The notes below the pieces were generated by a model. That model had not been told where the DNA came from. It saw only the letters and a program-made list of their open reading frames with translations, and ran no database searches. Positions 8,424 to 17,889 of a DNA stretch of 64,000 nt are shown here, in pieces (within the stretch, counting starts at the first letter, position 1; every line of letters starts with the position of its first letter). The stretch is from a bacterium. Lineage in GTDB: Bacteria; Zhuqueibacterota; Zhuqueibacteria; Residuimicrobiales; Krinioviventaceae. The stretch spans positions 928,001 to 992,000 of the forward strand of contig CAXXMD010000003.1 in the NCBI GenBank assembly GCA_963675755.2, written 5' to 3'. Both the position numbers and the translations under genes were made by a program.

Positions 8424-10589
8424 ATGAAAAGATTATTATATATTGTAATTTTTCTATTTGCATCCAACATCTCATTTGCGGCGATTACCGGCACCATCAC
8501 CGGAACAGTCAAGGACCAGGAAACCGGCGATGTTCTGCAGGCAGTGAATGTGATTGTAGACGGAACCGTACGCGGTGCCAGTACAGATCTGGATGGCAAC
8601 TTTAAAATCGACAACCTGCCGCCGGGAACATACAAACTTCGGGCATCCATGATTGGTTACCGCACGGATTCCCATCAAAAAGTCACCGTACAGGCCAATC
8701 GTACAGTCAATGTGGATTTTATTCTCGAGCAAACCACACTGGAATTCGATCCCATTGTGGTGCTTGCCGGTAAAACCGAAATGCGATTGGACCAGGCCAG
8801 TGTATCCATGTCCGTGGTCTCGTCCAAGGAGATTGAACGCCGTAATCCCACCAGCATCATCGAAGCGCTGGAAACCGCCCCCGGCATTAACTTTATCGGT
8901 GACCAGATCAATATCCGCGGTTCAACGGGATTCACTTTCGGAGCCGGCAACAAAACCCTGCTGTTGCTTGATGGAGTACCTGTTTACGCAAGCGATACCG
9001 GCGCGTTCAACTGGGATATGCTGCCGCCGCTTGACATTGAACAGATCGAGGTTCTCAAAGGTGCGGGCTCTACCCTTTGGGGTTCTTCTGCATTAGGCGG
9101 TGTGGTTAATATTATCACTAAAGATCCTTCTCCTGAAGGGGCACTGCTCTTTTCATACTCTGCCGGTAAATACGACAAGCCCGCGTACAGCGAATGGGAA
9201 TGGACCGATCCCAACCGATTGCACTATACCCGCGAAGACGTCAGCTATAGCAAGCGTTACGGGCAACTGGGTGTGCGCGTTTCAGCGGGACGTTTCATGT
9301 CTACCGGTTATACCGAACTGGGTGATTTCCGCAAACAGAATCTGACCAGTAAAGTGGATTACCGCTTTAAAAACGGCATCAAATGGACCGGTTATGCTGC
9401 ATACAGTAAAATCAACAAGGGCTTTTTTGTACAGTGGAAAGGCCCCAACGATCCGTACCAGGTCGACCCGTCAAATCTTGACAATCGTTCAGAGGTCAAC
9501 CAACTCAGCTTGTATACCAAAGTCTCCGTGCCTTTCAATGCACGGTTTTCAATCGATATGCGTGCATCCATGAACCGTTCTCTGCTGGGTAACCAGTTTG
9601 GCAAGGATGCGGAATTTGATCCTGCAATCGGTCAGGGAGGCGAGATCCAGGCTAACTGGATTCCGGTATTCGGCCATGTGGTTACCATTGGTACCCAATA
9701 CCAGGACGATTCCGGCAGCACCAAATTCTTTGGAGAGCACAGCGGCTACTTTGTAGGGCCCTATATTCAGGACGAATGGAAGGTGCGCGAAAACCTGCGC
9801 CTCACCACAGGATTCCGTTACGATCGCTATAAACTTGTTGGTGGTAATAAAGAAGATTTATTCAGTCCCCGTTTTGGTGTCAACTGGCAGCCATGGGAGC
9901 CCACCAGTTTTCGCCTATCTGTGGGTAGCGGTTTCCGGGCCGCAACCATTACCGAGCGTTTCCTGGAAATGACTGTCATGAATTTCAAAATCAAAGCCAA
10001 TCCCGAGCTCAAATCCGAGAGTTCCTGGGCTTATGATCTGGGATGGCGGCAGTATATCAACAAGGATTGGAATTTTGACATTTCCCTGTTCCGTAACGAT
10101 TATTGGGAGCTGATTGAAGCGCATCTGGATCTGATCCGCGGACAAATCCAGTTCCGCAATATTCCCCGGGCGCGTATTCAGGGTGTGGAATTCCTGACCA
10201 AATTCAGCACTCCGGTGCGGCTGTTTGGCATCCGTATGACTCCCGGCATTGAGGGCAGCGTTACCTATATGCACCATCGTAATCTCAAATATGACGAACC
10301 CCTCACCTATCGTCCGGACTGGCTGGCTACGGCCAAAACCACGCTCCGGTCCGGCAGGTACAATTTTCAACTGGATTATCGTTACGCCAGCGAGATTGCA
10401 GAGGTCAAAATCTATCCCATTAACGACCGCGTGCCCATGCATTTCGTAGACGCGCGTTTAGATGTGGACTGGAGAATGCTGACCTTTCAGCTTGGCGTGA
10501 CCAATATGATGAATTACAACTATGCCCCACGCGAAAGCAACCTCATGCCCATGCGCGCTTTTACCCTGGGTTTACGGGGAAGATTATAA
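8424..10589 (+). CDS. TonB-dependent receptor (paralog of 1907..4051)
   Basis: ATG at 8424 gives MKRLLY signal peptide; plug motifs INIRG, LLDGVP, IEVLKGAGSTLWGSSALGGVVNIIT; beta-barrel C-terminus. Confidence 0.92.
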   Translation: MKRLLYIVIFLFASNISFAAITGTITGTVKDQETGDVLQAVNVIVDGTVRGASTDLDGNFKIDNLPPGTYKLRASMIGYRTDSHQKVTVQANRTVNVDFILEQTTLEFDPIVVLAGKTEMRLDQASVSMSVVSSKEIERRNPTSIIEALETAPGINFIGDQINIRGSTGFTFGAGNKTLLLLDGVPVYASDTGAFNWDMLPPLDIEQIEVLKGAGSTLWGSSALGGVVNIITKDPSPEGALLFSYSAGKYDKPAYSEWEWTDPNRLHYTREDVSYSKRYGQLGVRVSAGRFMSTGYTELGDFRKQNLTSKVDYRFKNGIKWTGYAAYSKINKGFFVQWKGPNDPYQVDPSNLDNRSEVNQLSLYTKVSVPFNARFSIDMRASMNRSLLGNQFGKDAEFDPAIGQGGEIQANWIPVFGHVVTIGTQYQDDSGSTKFFGEHSGYFVGPYIQDEWKVRENLRLTTGFRYDRYKLVGGNKEDLFSPRFGVNWQPWEPTSFRLSVGSGFRAATITERFLEMTVMNFKIKANPELKSESSWAYDLGWRQYINKDWNFDISLFRNDYWELIEAHLDLIRGQIQFRNIPRARIQGVEFLTKFSTPVRLFGIRMTPGIEGSVTYMHHRNLKYDEPLTYRPDWLATAKTTLRSGRYNFQLDYRYASEIAEVKIYPINDRVPMHFVDARLDVDWRMLTFQLGVTNMMNYNYAPRESNLMPMRAFTLGLRGRL

Positions 10590-10632
10590 AAAAAGAATGG
10601 TCCGCGAGTGTCCCGAATTGGATTTAACTATA

Positions 10633-10683
10633 AAACGGTTGCTGAGTAGTCCGCCGGTAAGCGGACGTATCGAAGCACCGTTT
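10633..10683. repeat. REP-like element family A, CTGAGT...GTATCGAAG orientation
   Basis: CGGTTGCTGAGT-hairpin-GTATCGAAGCACCG; the reverse complement matches copies at 10755 and 46524. Confidence 0.75.
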
Positions 10684-10754
10684 ATGAAATGTTTGCATAT
10701 CAATCAACATGTACCCCTCTTTCTGTCAACCAAGTAGTACTTGGATGATCATTA

Positions 10755-10807
10755 CCGGGCCTTCGATACACTCGTCCGCTCAATACGGACTCGCACTCAG
10801 GCACCGG
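10755..10807. repeat. REP-like element family A, CTTCGATAC...ACTCAG orientation
   Basis: CCGGGCCTTCGATACACTCGTCCG...CGGACTCGCACTCAGGCACCGG, nearly identical to 46524..46577. Confidence 0.8.
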
Positions 10808-10885
10808 CACGCTATCTACATCAATTCGGTTGCTGCATAATCCGTATCATACTTCAATCCTGGTTAAAACGAGGCAAGCTTTATA

Positions 10886-12658
10886 TCACTCCTTCACAAA
10901 CATCACAGACTGATTATCTATAACAAGCCCTAATGTTAATGGTTCATCAAAGGTATATGAAAACAAATACACATAGGGAATCCCCTCGGGATTGTCTAAT
11001 AAAAATTCAAACATTTCATCACTTCCATACACAATTTCAAAATATCTATCCCTTTCAAACCCGAATTCAAGACACTGGCTATTGTTAAAATAATAACTGA
11101 ATTCCTTGTTGTTAAACTCAAACATTTTGGCTTTTTCCTGTTGAAGACTATCGGCCTGCCATTTGAATATAACAGGTATGCCAATCCATATGTCGCTATG
11201 AACAACTTTACCTCTTTGTTTAGCAGGGGTAAAAGGGGTCCTTTTTAATACATCAACAGCTTTTGCATCTAACAAGGGATGCAGGGGTTTCAACACCTTT
11301 GTATTTACTACGCGTCCATACCGATTGATCAGGCAGTTAACCACAACTCGTCCCTGGTAATGCTTGGCAATGAAATAAGGATAATTCAAACTGTCCTGAA
11401 TAGTATGAAATCCACCAACTGGCATGGGTGGCTCATCATAGAAAACGCATAATTCAACAGAATACTCTACATCTGAGACAGTTGTAGTATTTTGAGGGGG
11501 GCTGTTCGCAGGAGGATCTTTTCTCAAAACATCCAATTGTTCCAGATCCTGCTGTTCAAGCTCTTCCCGCCAGATCCGCTGTGCGCGCCTGTCATCCTCA
11601 ATCACCAGTTTTGAAAGCCGTTCTACCAGAAAGCCTTTATCCTTTTGCTCGGCGAGTGTTGTTTTTAAAACAGCTAAATAATCCTGATATACATCAAGAA
11701 ACGGACAATAGTACTCGTCAACCGAGTTTCGTTCCAGCGGTTGTAATGTCAGTGTAAATGCCGGATCGTAATATGTCCACATTTTGTCTCTCTGTAACCA
11801 GCCGGGTGCTTCCTGGTGATATTCTAGCTCGATCATTTTTTTTCGTTCCAGGTATTCCAGAAAGGACTGAATAAAGGGATTGCCCCCGTAAACATATTTT
11901 ACCAGGTATTTGGGGAAATGATCAATATCCCAAATCAATGTTTCAAGTTGAACGGCATTGTAACAATTGTAATATTTGGGATTGACAACAATCTCGTGGT
12001 TTTTCAAAACCATATAACTACTATTATTGTAAAACGCTAGCGCGGTAAAAGGCACACCTAATACCAACCCGAATTCACGATTGTTACTGACCTTAAAGTA
12101 ATCCCCGGAATATTCAACTTTTTCACTTACACCTGATGAGACGTGAATATCAATATCAGAAGGATATTTATTAATCACATCGATTGTTTTTATTTTTGCG
12201 TCCGCGTTAAAAATCCAAACAGGATTCACACTCATGCCGCGGCTTTCAACAATACACACATACTCGATCACCACCCGCCTGCTGCTGTGCGCATTGACCG
12301 GAAAAACCCGAACCAAATAACTGCCATTACCCGACTTTGTCAATACTGCGGGATCAATATTGCGGCGGGTTATGCGGTCATAGATTTGTTCACCGGTCTT
12401 CCGTGCAAGGGTCTCGGCCCGCTCCAGTCTGCCGTCAATCTCTAACCACATGTTCGTAACAATTGCGGTCTTGTTGACATACAATCGAATAAATCCCTGC
12501 AGATTGTCCCATTCACTGTCATTCCGCAAAATAAACTCGGCCCGGGTTTTGTTCAGCACGCCATAAAATTCGGTCTCGATATTGATCTCGTCTACATACA
12601 CATTTGCAAAAACGGATGAGGAAAAAAGTAAAAATAACTGTAACAAATTTCTTCTCAA
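10886..12658 (-). CDS. Exported VIT (vault/inter-alpha-trypsin) domain + TonB C-terminal domain protein
   Basis: TTG start at 12658 after GGAGGA gives a signal peptide; VIT motif MWLEIDG...AE......GEQIY..I..R.IDPA...VFPV..S.R.V.IEY; TonB_C motif PP.PVGG...L.YP...G.V.V...I...G.V.....L.PL..LLD..A. Confidence 0.78.
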   Translation of the reverse strand: MRRNLLQLFLLFSSSVFANVYVDEINIETEFYGVLNKTRAEFILRNDSEWDNLQGFIRLYVNKTAIVTNMWLEIDGRLERAETLARKTGEQIYDRITRRNIDPAVLTKSGNGSYLVRVFPVNAHSSRRVVIEYVCIVESRGMSVNPVWIFNADAKIKTIDVINKYPSDIDIHVSSGVSEKVEYSGDYFKVSNNREFGLVLGVPFTALAFYNNSSYMVLKNHEIVVNPKYYNCYNAVQLETLIWDIDHFPKYLVKYVYGGNPFIQSFLEYLERKKMIELEYHQEAPGWLQRDKMWTYYDPAFTLTLQPLERNSVDEYYCPFLDVYQDYLAVLKTTLAEQKDKGFLVERLSKLVIEDDRRAQRIWREELEQQDLEQLDVLRKDPPANSPPQNTTTVSDVEYSVELCVFYDEPPMPVGGFHTIQDSLNYPYFIAKHYQGRVVVNCLINRYGRVVNTKVLKPLHPLLDAKAVDVLKRTPFTPAKQRGKVVHSDIWIGIPVIFKWQADSLQQEKAKMFEFNNKEFSYYFNNSQCLEFGFERDRYFEIVYGSDEMFEFLLDNPEGIPYVYLFSYTFDEPLTLGLVIDNQSVMFVKE

Positions 12659-12856
12659 GGCATTCCTCCCGGCTGTCTCATTATGTGAATAGTCCCTTTC
12701 ATAGATACGCTGGCGCGTATCCGCTGCCCCTGTAAATGTATCCGGATAAAATAGAGGAGGTTCTACTATTTTAGAACGATAGGAAATCACCATTGGTTCC
12801 CGCGAAATTGCAAACGACAATAGTAGATACCGAAATCAAGAGCAAATGACTAAAAT

Positions 12857-14635
12857 TTAATTTCTAAAAATCAACACAGACTGGCCGTTCTCAACAAATC
12901 CCAATTGATTTGTTTTAAACCTGTAAAAAAACCGGTACACCAGTTTTATGCATTCCGGATGCTCCATCAGGAATTTGAAAAAGGCATCAGATTCCAGTTC
13001 CAGTTCAATAGCTAAATCTGCGTCAAATCCCTGTTCAAACACATTACGCGGATTCGCGGTCCACAACTCGAGTGTTCGCCCCAATTGCTCAAAAACAGAG
13101 TGCTCAATCTCGTCCATCTCTACAATTTTCGTATTGTTATTAAATTCAACAACGACTGTCCCCCCCCCGTCAATGTCTTTACCATCACTATTTGTCGGTT
13201 CCCATTCAACACTCTTGACGGCCCTGATGGCTTCCTGGTCCAAAAGCGGATGTAGTGATGTTTCAATGTGGGTATGGGTTACATTTCCGAATCTATCAAC
13301 GCCACAACTAACCCGAACGGTCCCTCCCAATCCGAGTTTTTGTAAAAAAGAGGGATAGTATAATTTTTCCTGAATTTTTGCATCTCCACCAATCGGTCTG
13401 GCAGGCACATAATTATCCATTCTCAACGCAGACGCAGCATAAGACACTCTCATATCCTGATCAAGTGACGAATTGGCTTTTGTTTGAAAATCCCCCGAAG
13501 TGTTTGCATGGCGTTGATCTTGATACTGCAGCTCTTCTTGCCGGATCCGTTGTGCGCGTTTATCTTTTTCAATGACAATTTTGGAGAATCTTTTGGTCAA
13601 ATATCCTTTCAGGCGCTGCACATTTACAGGTTCCTGTAAACTAAAAAGATAGTCTTCATATACATCTAAAAAGGGGCAATAACACTTTTCAACATTACTT
13701 GTCTCTTTAAAATCAGACCGTAATTGAAAAGCATTATCCAGGTATTCATAATTTTGCTGATTGACAATCCAGTTTTTTGCTTCGGTATGATAATCATATT
13801 TTATTTTACCCGTACGGGATAAATAGCTAAAAAATGCCTTTAAAAATCTGTCATTTTTTCTATAGGTAACCAAATACCGCTGGCCTCCTTTTAAATAAAA
13901 CAGTAATTCTACAAGTTGGTCCAATTCATCTCTATCAAAATCATACCTGTTCAAAGACAGGTCCTGCTTTTCAAATAACATGTCCGAATTTGATTTAAAG
14001 AAACGGAGGGCATTGTTCTCAAGAAATAGTACCAGATCTATCCGATGGGGATTCTCAAACTCGAAATAATTTTCTTTTTGATCAATCAATTTACCGTAAG
14101 GCTGATAGCGTAGGGGAGAAATATGTACATTCATTCCTTGAGGATACTTTTCTTTGATGTTAAGACAGACATGTTGTGCATGTGTTCCAAAAGTCCAAAC
14201 CGGGTAGCCTTTGTCAGCACTTTCCACAACGCAAACATACTCTATGACCACTTTTCTGCTTTTACGTGCCTCTACCGGAAACACATTTAATTCATATGCG
14301 CCATTTTCACGCTTAATCATCAAAGCAGGATCAATTCGTCTCTCTACAATTCGACCATAGATTTGTTCCCCCGTATCACGGTCCATTGTTTCAGCTTTTT
14401 CCAGCCTGCCGTCAATTTCCAGCCACATATCCGTCACTATAGCTGATTTGTTTAATTGTAAGGTAATCGTTGCTTCATCATCGCGATCCCCTTGATTATA
14501 AATAATAAACTCGGCCCGTGTCTTGTTCAGCACACCATAAAACTCGGTTTCAATATAAATTTCTTCAACACTAGAGTATGCATGTGCAGTCATGGAAAAT
14601 GCAAACCATAACAAAACCATTACCTTGAATCTCAC
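12857..14635 (-). CDS. Exported VIT + TonB C-terminal domain protein (tandem paralog)
   Basis: GTG start at 14635 after GGAGGA; same VIT and TonB_C motifs; shares IETEFYGVLNKTRAEF and YCPFLDVY with its neighbour. Confidence 0.78.
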   Translation of the reverse strand: MRFKVMVLLWFAFSMTAHAYSSVEEIYIETEFYGVLNKTRAEFIIYNQGDRDDEATITLQLNKSAIVTDMWLEIDGRLEKAETMDRDTGEQIYGRIVERRIDPALMIKRENGAYELNVFPVEARKSRKVVIEYVCVVESADKGYPVWTFGTHAQHVCLNIKEKYPQGMNVHISPLRYQPYGKLIDQKENYFEFENPHRIDLVLFLENNALRFFKSNSDMLFEKQDLSLNRYDFDRDELDQLVELLFYLKGGQRYLVTYRKNDRFLKAFFSYLSRTGKIKYDYHTEAKNWIVNQQNYEYLDNAFQLRSDFKETSNVEKCYCPFLDVYEDYLFSLQEPVNVQRLKGYLTKRFSKIVIEKDKRAQRIRQEELQYQDQRHANTSGDFQTKANSSLDQDMRVSYAASALRMDNYVPARPIGGDAKIQEKLYYPSFLQKLGLGGTVRVSCGVDRFGNVTHTHIETSLHPLLDQEAIRAVKSVEWEPTNSDGKDIDGGGTVVVEFNNNTKIVEMDEIEHSVFEQLGRTLELWTANPRNVFEQGFDADLAIELELESDAFFKFLMEHPECIKLVYRFFYRFKTNQLGFVENGQSVLIFRN

Positions 14636-14718
14636 GATATTCCTCCCAAATGTCAGGGACCAGGCGGTTTTTCCCACCGGATGGATCACCCCTTTTTTAG
14701 TAATAGATGTTTAATTTT

Positions 14719-15507
14719 TTATTTTTTCAGATTCAAATATACCTTTGCGTATCGCTTCCCCAGCTCACGAGCAGATTGAGTGTTGAAATGGACATTATCG
14801 GATCTGCAGGAAAGTCCATCTGATTTTACAAAAGCCGCATTTACCACCTCTTTTGCTGCATCCTTATGCGCCTGGTTCACAGTCTTTTTAAAATCATCCC
14901 AGGGGTTGGTCTCAAACTGGCCCATCTGCCCTATGAGAAAAGGCAGTTCAGGGTATCCCAGATCCGTTCTAAAGCGTGAGATCAAACTGATCAGCTTTGT
15001 CTTGTATGAACCGGCAAGAAGCGGTTCACAATCGCTTTCCCCCTGGTGCCAGAGAATTCCCTCAAGGTGCCCATCCAGCATGGCAAGACGTGCGCGTTTA
15101 ATAGCATCATCATAGGGATGGCTTTTGGTTTGATCATGATATCCACCCGGCTGCCAGGTATCTATGGGAGATCCACCACATGCCGCGGGGACCAGTCCTA
15201 TGACTATCGACGTGTCCTGCTCAACCAGTGCCAGAGCAAATGACTTGCCGGGTCCTACTCCCGCTGCACTTTTATCATAATGTATGGGGTCTATTGCAGG
15301 TACCCATTTGCCTTCTTTTGTCAACATTAACACCCGCGGATGGATTTGTTTGCTCAATGAATCAACATTACCGCGCCCGGCCATGTTAGATTGACCGGCC
15401 AATAAGAAAATATGAAAATTTTGTTTTTCAGGCAGATTTATTTCTGCAGAAAAAAGCATATTGCTACTCACAAACAAAAGCAGACACAACCACAACGCTT
15501 TTTTCAT
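14719..15507 (-). CDS. Sialate O-acetylesterase/SASA (CE6-like) carbohydrate esterase
   Basis: GQSNMAG, WHQGESD and D..HF motifs; signal peptide. Confidence 0.88.
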   Translation of the reverse strand: MKKALWLCLLLFVSSNMLFSAEINLPEKQNFHIFLLAGQSNMAGRGNVDSLSKQIHPRVLMLTKEGKWVPAIDPIHYDKSAAGVGPGKSFALALVEQDTSIVIGLVPAACGGSPIDTWQPGGYHDQTKSHPYDDAIKRARLAMLDGHLEGILWHQGESDCEPLLAGSYKTKLISLISRFRTDLGYPELPFLIGQMGQFETNPWDDFKKTVNQAHKDAAKEVVNAAFVKSDGLSCRSDNVHFNTQSARELGKRYAKVYLNLKK

Positions 15508-15609
15508 TATCACCTCAATTTTTAAATTTTTTATTACAGGTTGTTTAGAATTTTCTTTTTTTAATAATACGAGTATCTTATATTATATTAAATATTATTG
15601 GGAAATCAA

Positions 15610-16401
15610 ATGCCTACTGTTCAAAAATCATTATATTCTGAAATTGCAGAGATTGAAAAACGTTCCATTCCGGCGGTGATCGTGACAGTGGTCGAGTCCA
15701 AAGGTAGTGCTCCGCAAAAATCCGGTTCCCGTATGATCGTCTATTCCAATGGTAACACCCACGGCACCGTTGGCGGCGGCGCCATAGAAAAAGAAGCTAT
15801 TCGTCAGGCAATGGATTTAATGAACAGCAAAGAGCCCTTGTTAAAAGAATATTCTCTGGAAGCAGATACGCATATGCTATGTGGCGGTAACATGACCCTG
15901 TTTTTCGAGCCGTTAAATCCGCCTTCTCCCCTCTATGTGTTCGGAGGCGGACATGTATGCAAGGCATTGAGCGGGGTCATCAAAGACGCTGGATTTGCCA
16001 TGACAGTCATAGACAATCGCCCCGAATTTACAGCACCCGAGCGTTTTCCAGATATTAACGCGGTCATTTGTAAGCCTTATGATCAGGCATTATCAGAACT
16101 GACGTTTACGGATCATACTTTTATCGTGATTGTTACACACGGACATCTGCATGACCAGGAAATACTTGAATATTGCGTACAGCAGCATTTTGCCTATCTG
16201 GGAATGATTGGCAGCAAACGCAAAGTGGGGCAGACCCGCAAGACGTTGATGGACAAAGGCATTACCGCTGAACGGATTGACCAGATTCACAGTCCCATTG
16301 GATTGCCGATTGGTGGAGATTCTCCGGCTGAAATAGCCATCTCGATAGCAGCAGAAATGATAGCAGTAAAAAACAAAATTGATACCCTAGCATGGGAATA
16401 A
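15610..16401 (+). CDS. xdhC: XdhC/CoxI-family molybdenum cofactor insertion chaperone
   Basis: GSAP..G, GTVGGG, CGG, FGGGHV, YLGMIGS..K, PIGL.IGG..P.EIA.SI.AE motifs. Confidence 0.92.
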   Translation: MPTVQKSLYSEIAEIEKRSIPAVIVTVVESKGSAPQKSGSRMIVYSNGNTHGTVGGGAIEKEAIRQAMDLMNSKEPLLKEYSLEADTHMLCGGNMTLFFEPLNPPSPLYVFGGGHVCKALSGVIKDAGFAMTVIDNRPEFTAPERFPDINAVICKPYDQALSELTFTDHTFIVIVTHGHLHDQEILEYCVQQHFAYLGMIGSKRKVGQTRKTLMDKGITAERIDQIHSPIGLPIGGDSPAEIAISIAAEMIAVKNKIDTLAWE

Positions 16402-16988
16402 ACATGATTGCCGGAATTATACTGGCCGCGGGTGAATCCCGCAGAATGGGGCAACTAAAACCCATCCTAAAAATTGATGACAAAACCTTTATACAGCATA
16501 TTCACGGCCAACTATGCGAGGCTGGAGTTGAACCCATTGTTATTGTACTGGGATTCAGACCGGAAGAGATCAAAAGTCAATGCGGCGTTCATGCCAATTT
16601 CATAATCAATACACACTATAAACGCGGTCAATTTTCTTCCCTGCAAACCGGGGTGTTGGCATTGCCCGATCAGTGCAAGGGAGCCATTGTCTGCCTTGGC
16701 GATCAGCCCCAAATCCGTGCGGTTTGGATCAATGAATTGATCTCAGCATACAACCGTACCGGTAAAGACATAATCATTCCGGAATTTAATGGCCAGGGAG
16801 GTCACCCGGTCTTTTATTCATCCAAAGTATTAAAAGAAATACCCAACATGTCACCCAATCAAACAGCCAGAGATTTGGGTAAAACATTTCAAGATTCTGT
16901 GTACAAAATTTCAATCCAATCAGATGGTATTCTTTTTGACGCAGACACCCCCACAGAATTAAAAGATATACAATCCCGCTTTATGTAA
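16392..16988 (+). CDS. mocA: Molybdenum cofactor cytidylyltransferase-like nucleotidyltransferase
   Basis: ILAAG.SRRMG..K, G..SSL..G, GDQP, GHPV and D.DTP motifs; coupled to xdhC. Confidence 0.82.
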   Translation: MGINMIAGIILAAGESRRMGQLKPILKIDDKTFIQHIHGQLCEAGVEPIVIVLGFRPEEIKSQCGVHANFIINTHYKRGQFSSLQTGVLALPDQCKGAIVCLGDQPQIRAVWINELISAYNRTGKDIIIPEFNGQGGHPVFYSSKVLKEIPNMSPNQTARDLGKTFQDSVYKISIQSDGILFDADTPTELKDIQSRFM

Positions 16989-17101
16989 CATCCAAACATC
17001 CCGTAAAACCAGACACTGAACGGCTCTTCAGTCTGCATATTGGAATATTGCATTAACGTCCTCTGTTTTTAAAGTCAGATAGAATATTTTATGGAGGATA
17101 C

Positions 17102-17596
17102 TTGAGCTCTACTGACTATAAATTTTTACAACAACAGGGATTCAGCAGATTTTCTGAAAACGATGCGAATTACCGGGTCCTTTCATTACAATTTCAACCT
17201 ACAATTGTGGGTTCATTGGTATTTATTGCAACCATTTTTCAAGGGTGGCAATTGTTTCTAGCCATTTCAGCAGTATTGTGGATAAATGTGCTAATACCCA
17301 AAGCAAATCCTTTTGAAACCTTTTACAACCGGTTTCTCATTCGTGAAAAAGATAAACCCAGAATACAATCTGCACCGGGTCCCCGGCGTTTTGCCCAGGG
17401 GATGGCGGCTGTATTTTCATTGGGAGCTGCAATCAGCATTATCATGTCATGGAATATTGCAGCCTATATTTTTGAAGGTTTTCTGGTAATAGCCTTTTCC
17501 GCGCTATTATTTTTAAAATTTTGTCTGGGATCTTATTTATACCATCTAATAAAGGGTGAAAAAGATTTTGCAAATGCTACCTGTCCATGGAGTTAA
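17102..17596 (+). CDS. DUF4395-like membrane protein
   Basis: Four hydrophobic segments; P.RFAQG and FCLG..LY motifs; GGAGG RBS before TTG. Confidence 0.75.
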   Translation: MSSTDYKFLQQQGFSRFSENDANYRVLSLQFQPTIVGSLVFIATIFQGWQLFLAISAVLWINVLIPKANPFETFYNRFLIREKDKPRIQSAPGPRRFAQGMAAVFSLGAAISIIMSWNIAAYIFEGFLVIAFSALLFLKFCLGSYLYHLIKGEKDFANATCPWS

Positions 17597-17711
17597 TAAA
17601 TACATTTAAAGGACAGTAAAATAAACTTTAGAAAAGTAAAAGGGGCGTCACAACTTTAGCAGCATTCTCTTGATATTTACGAATATTAGCATTCTAATTC
17701 CGGATCACAAC

Positions 17712-17756
17712 GTGTACATGTACACATTTGCATTTAATCAAATTGTGCTTTATATT
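17712..17756 (+). promoter_or_regulatory. Sigma70-like promoter for moeA with an upstream 14-bp palindrome
   Basis: TTGCAT(17728)-17 nt-TATATT(17751); GTGTACATGTACAC at 17712-17725. Confidence 0.45.
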
Positions 17757-17889
17757 AATAATATATTCTCTTAAATCCTTTGGGATGAAAATAATTGTGT
17801 GCTGGAAAATATCCAGTCACCTGCTCCCAAAAGTAATCATACCCATTTCGCATTAAACGGCTAGGGTATTAAAAAACAAGATTTTTAAC

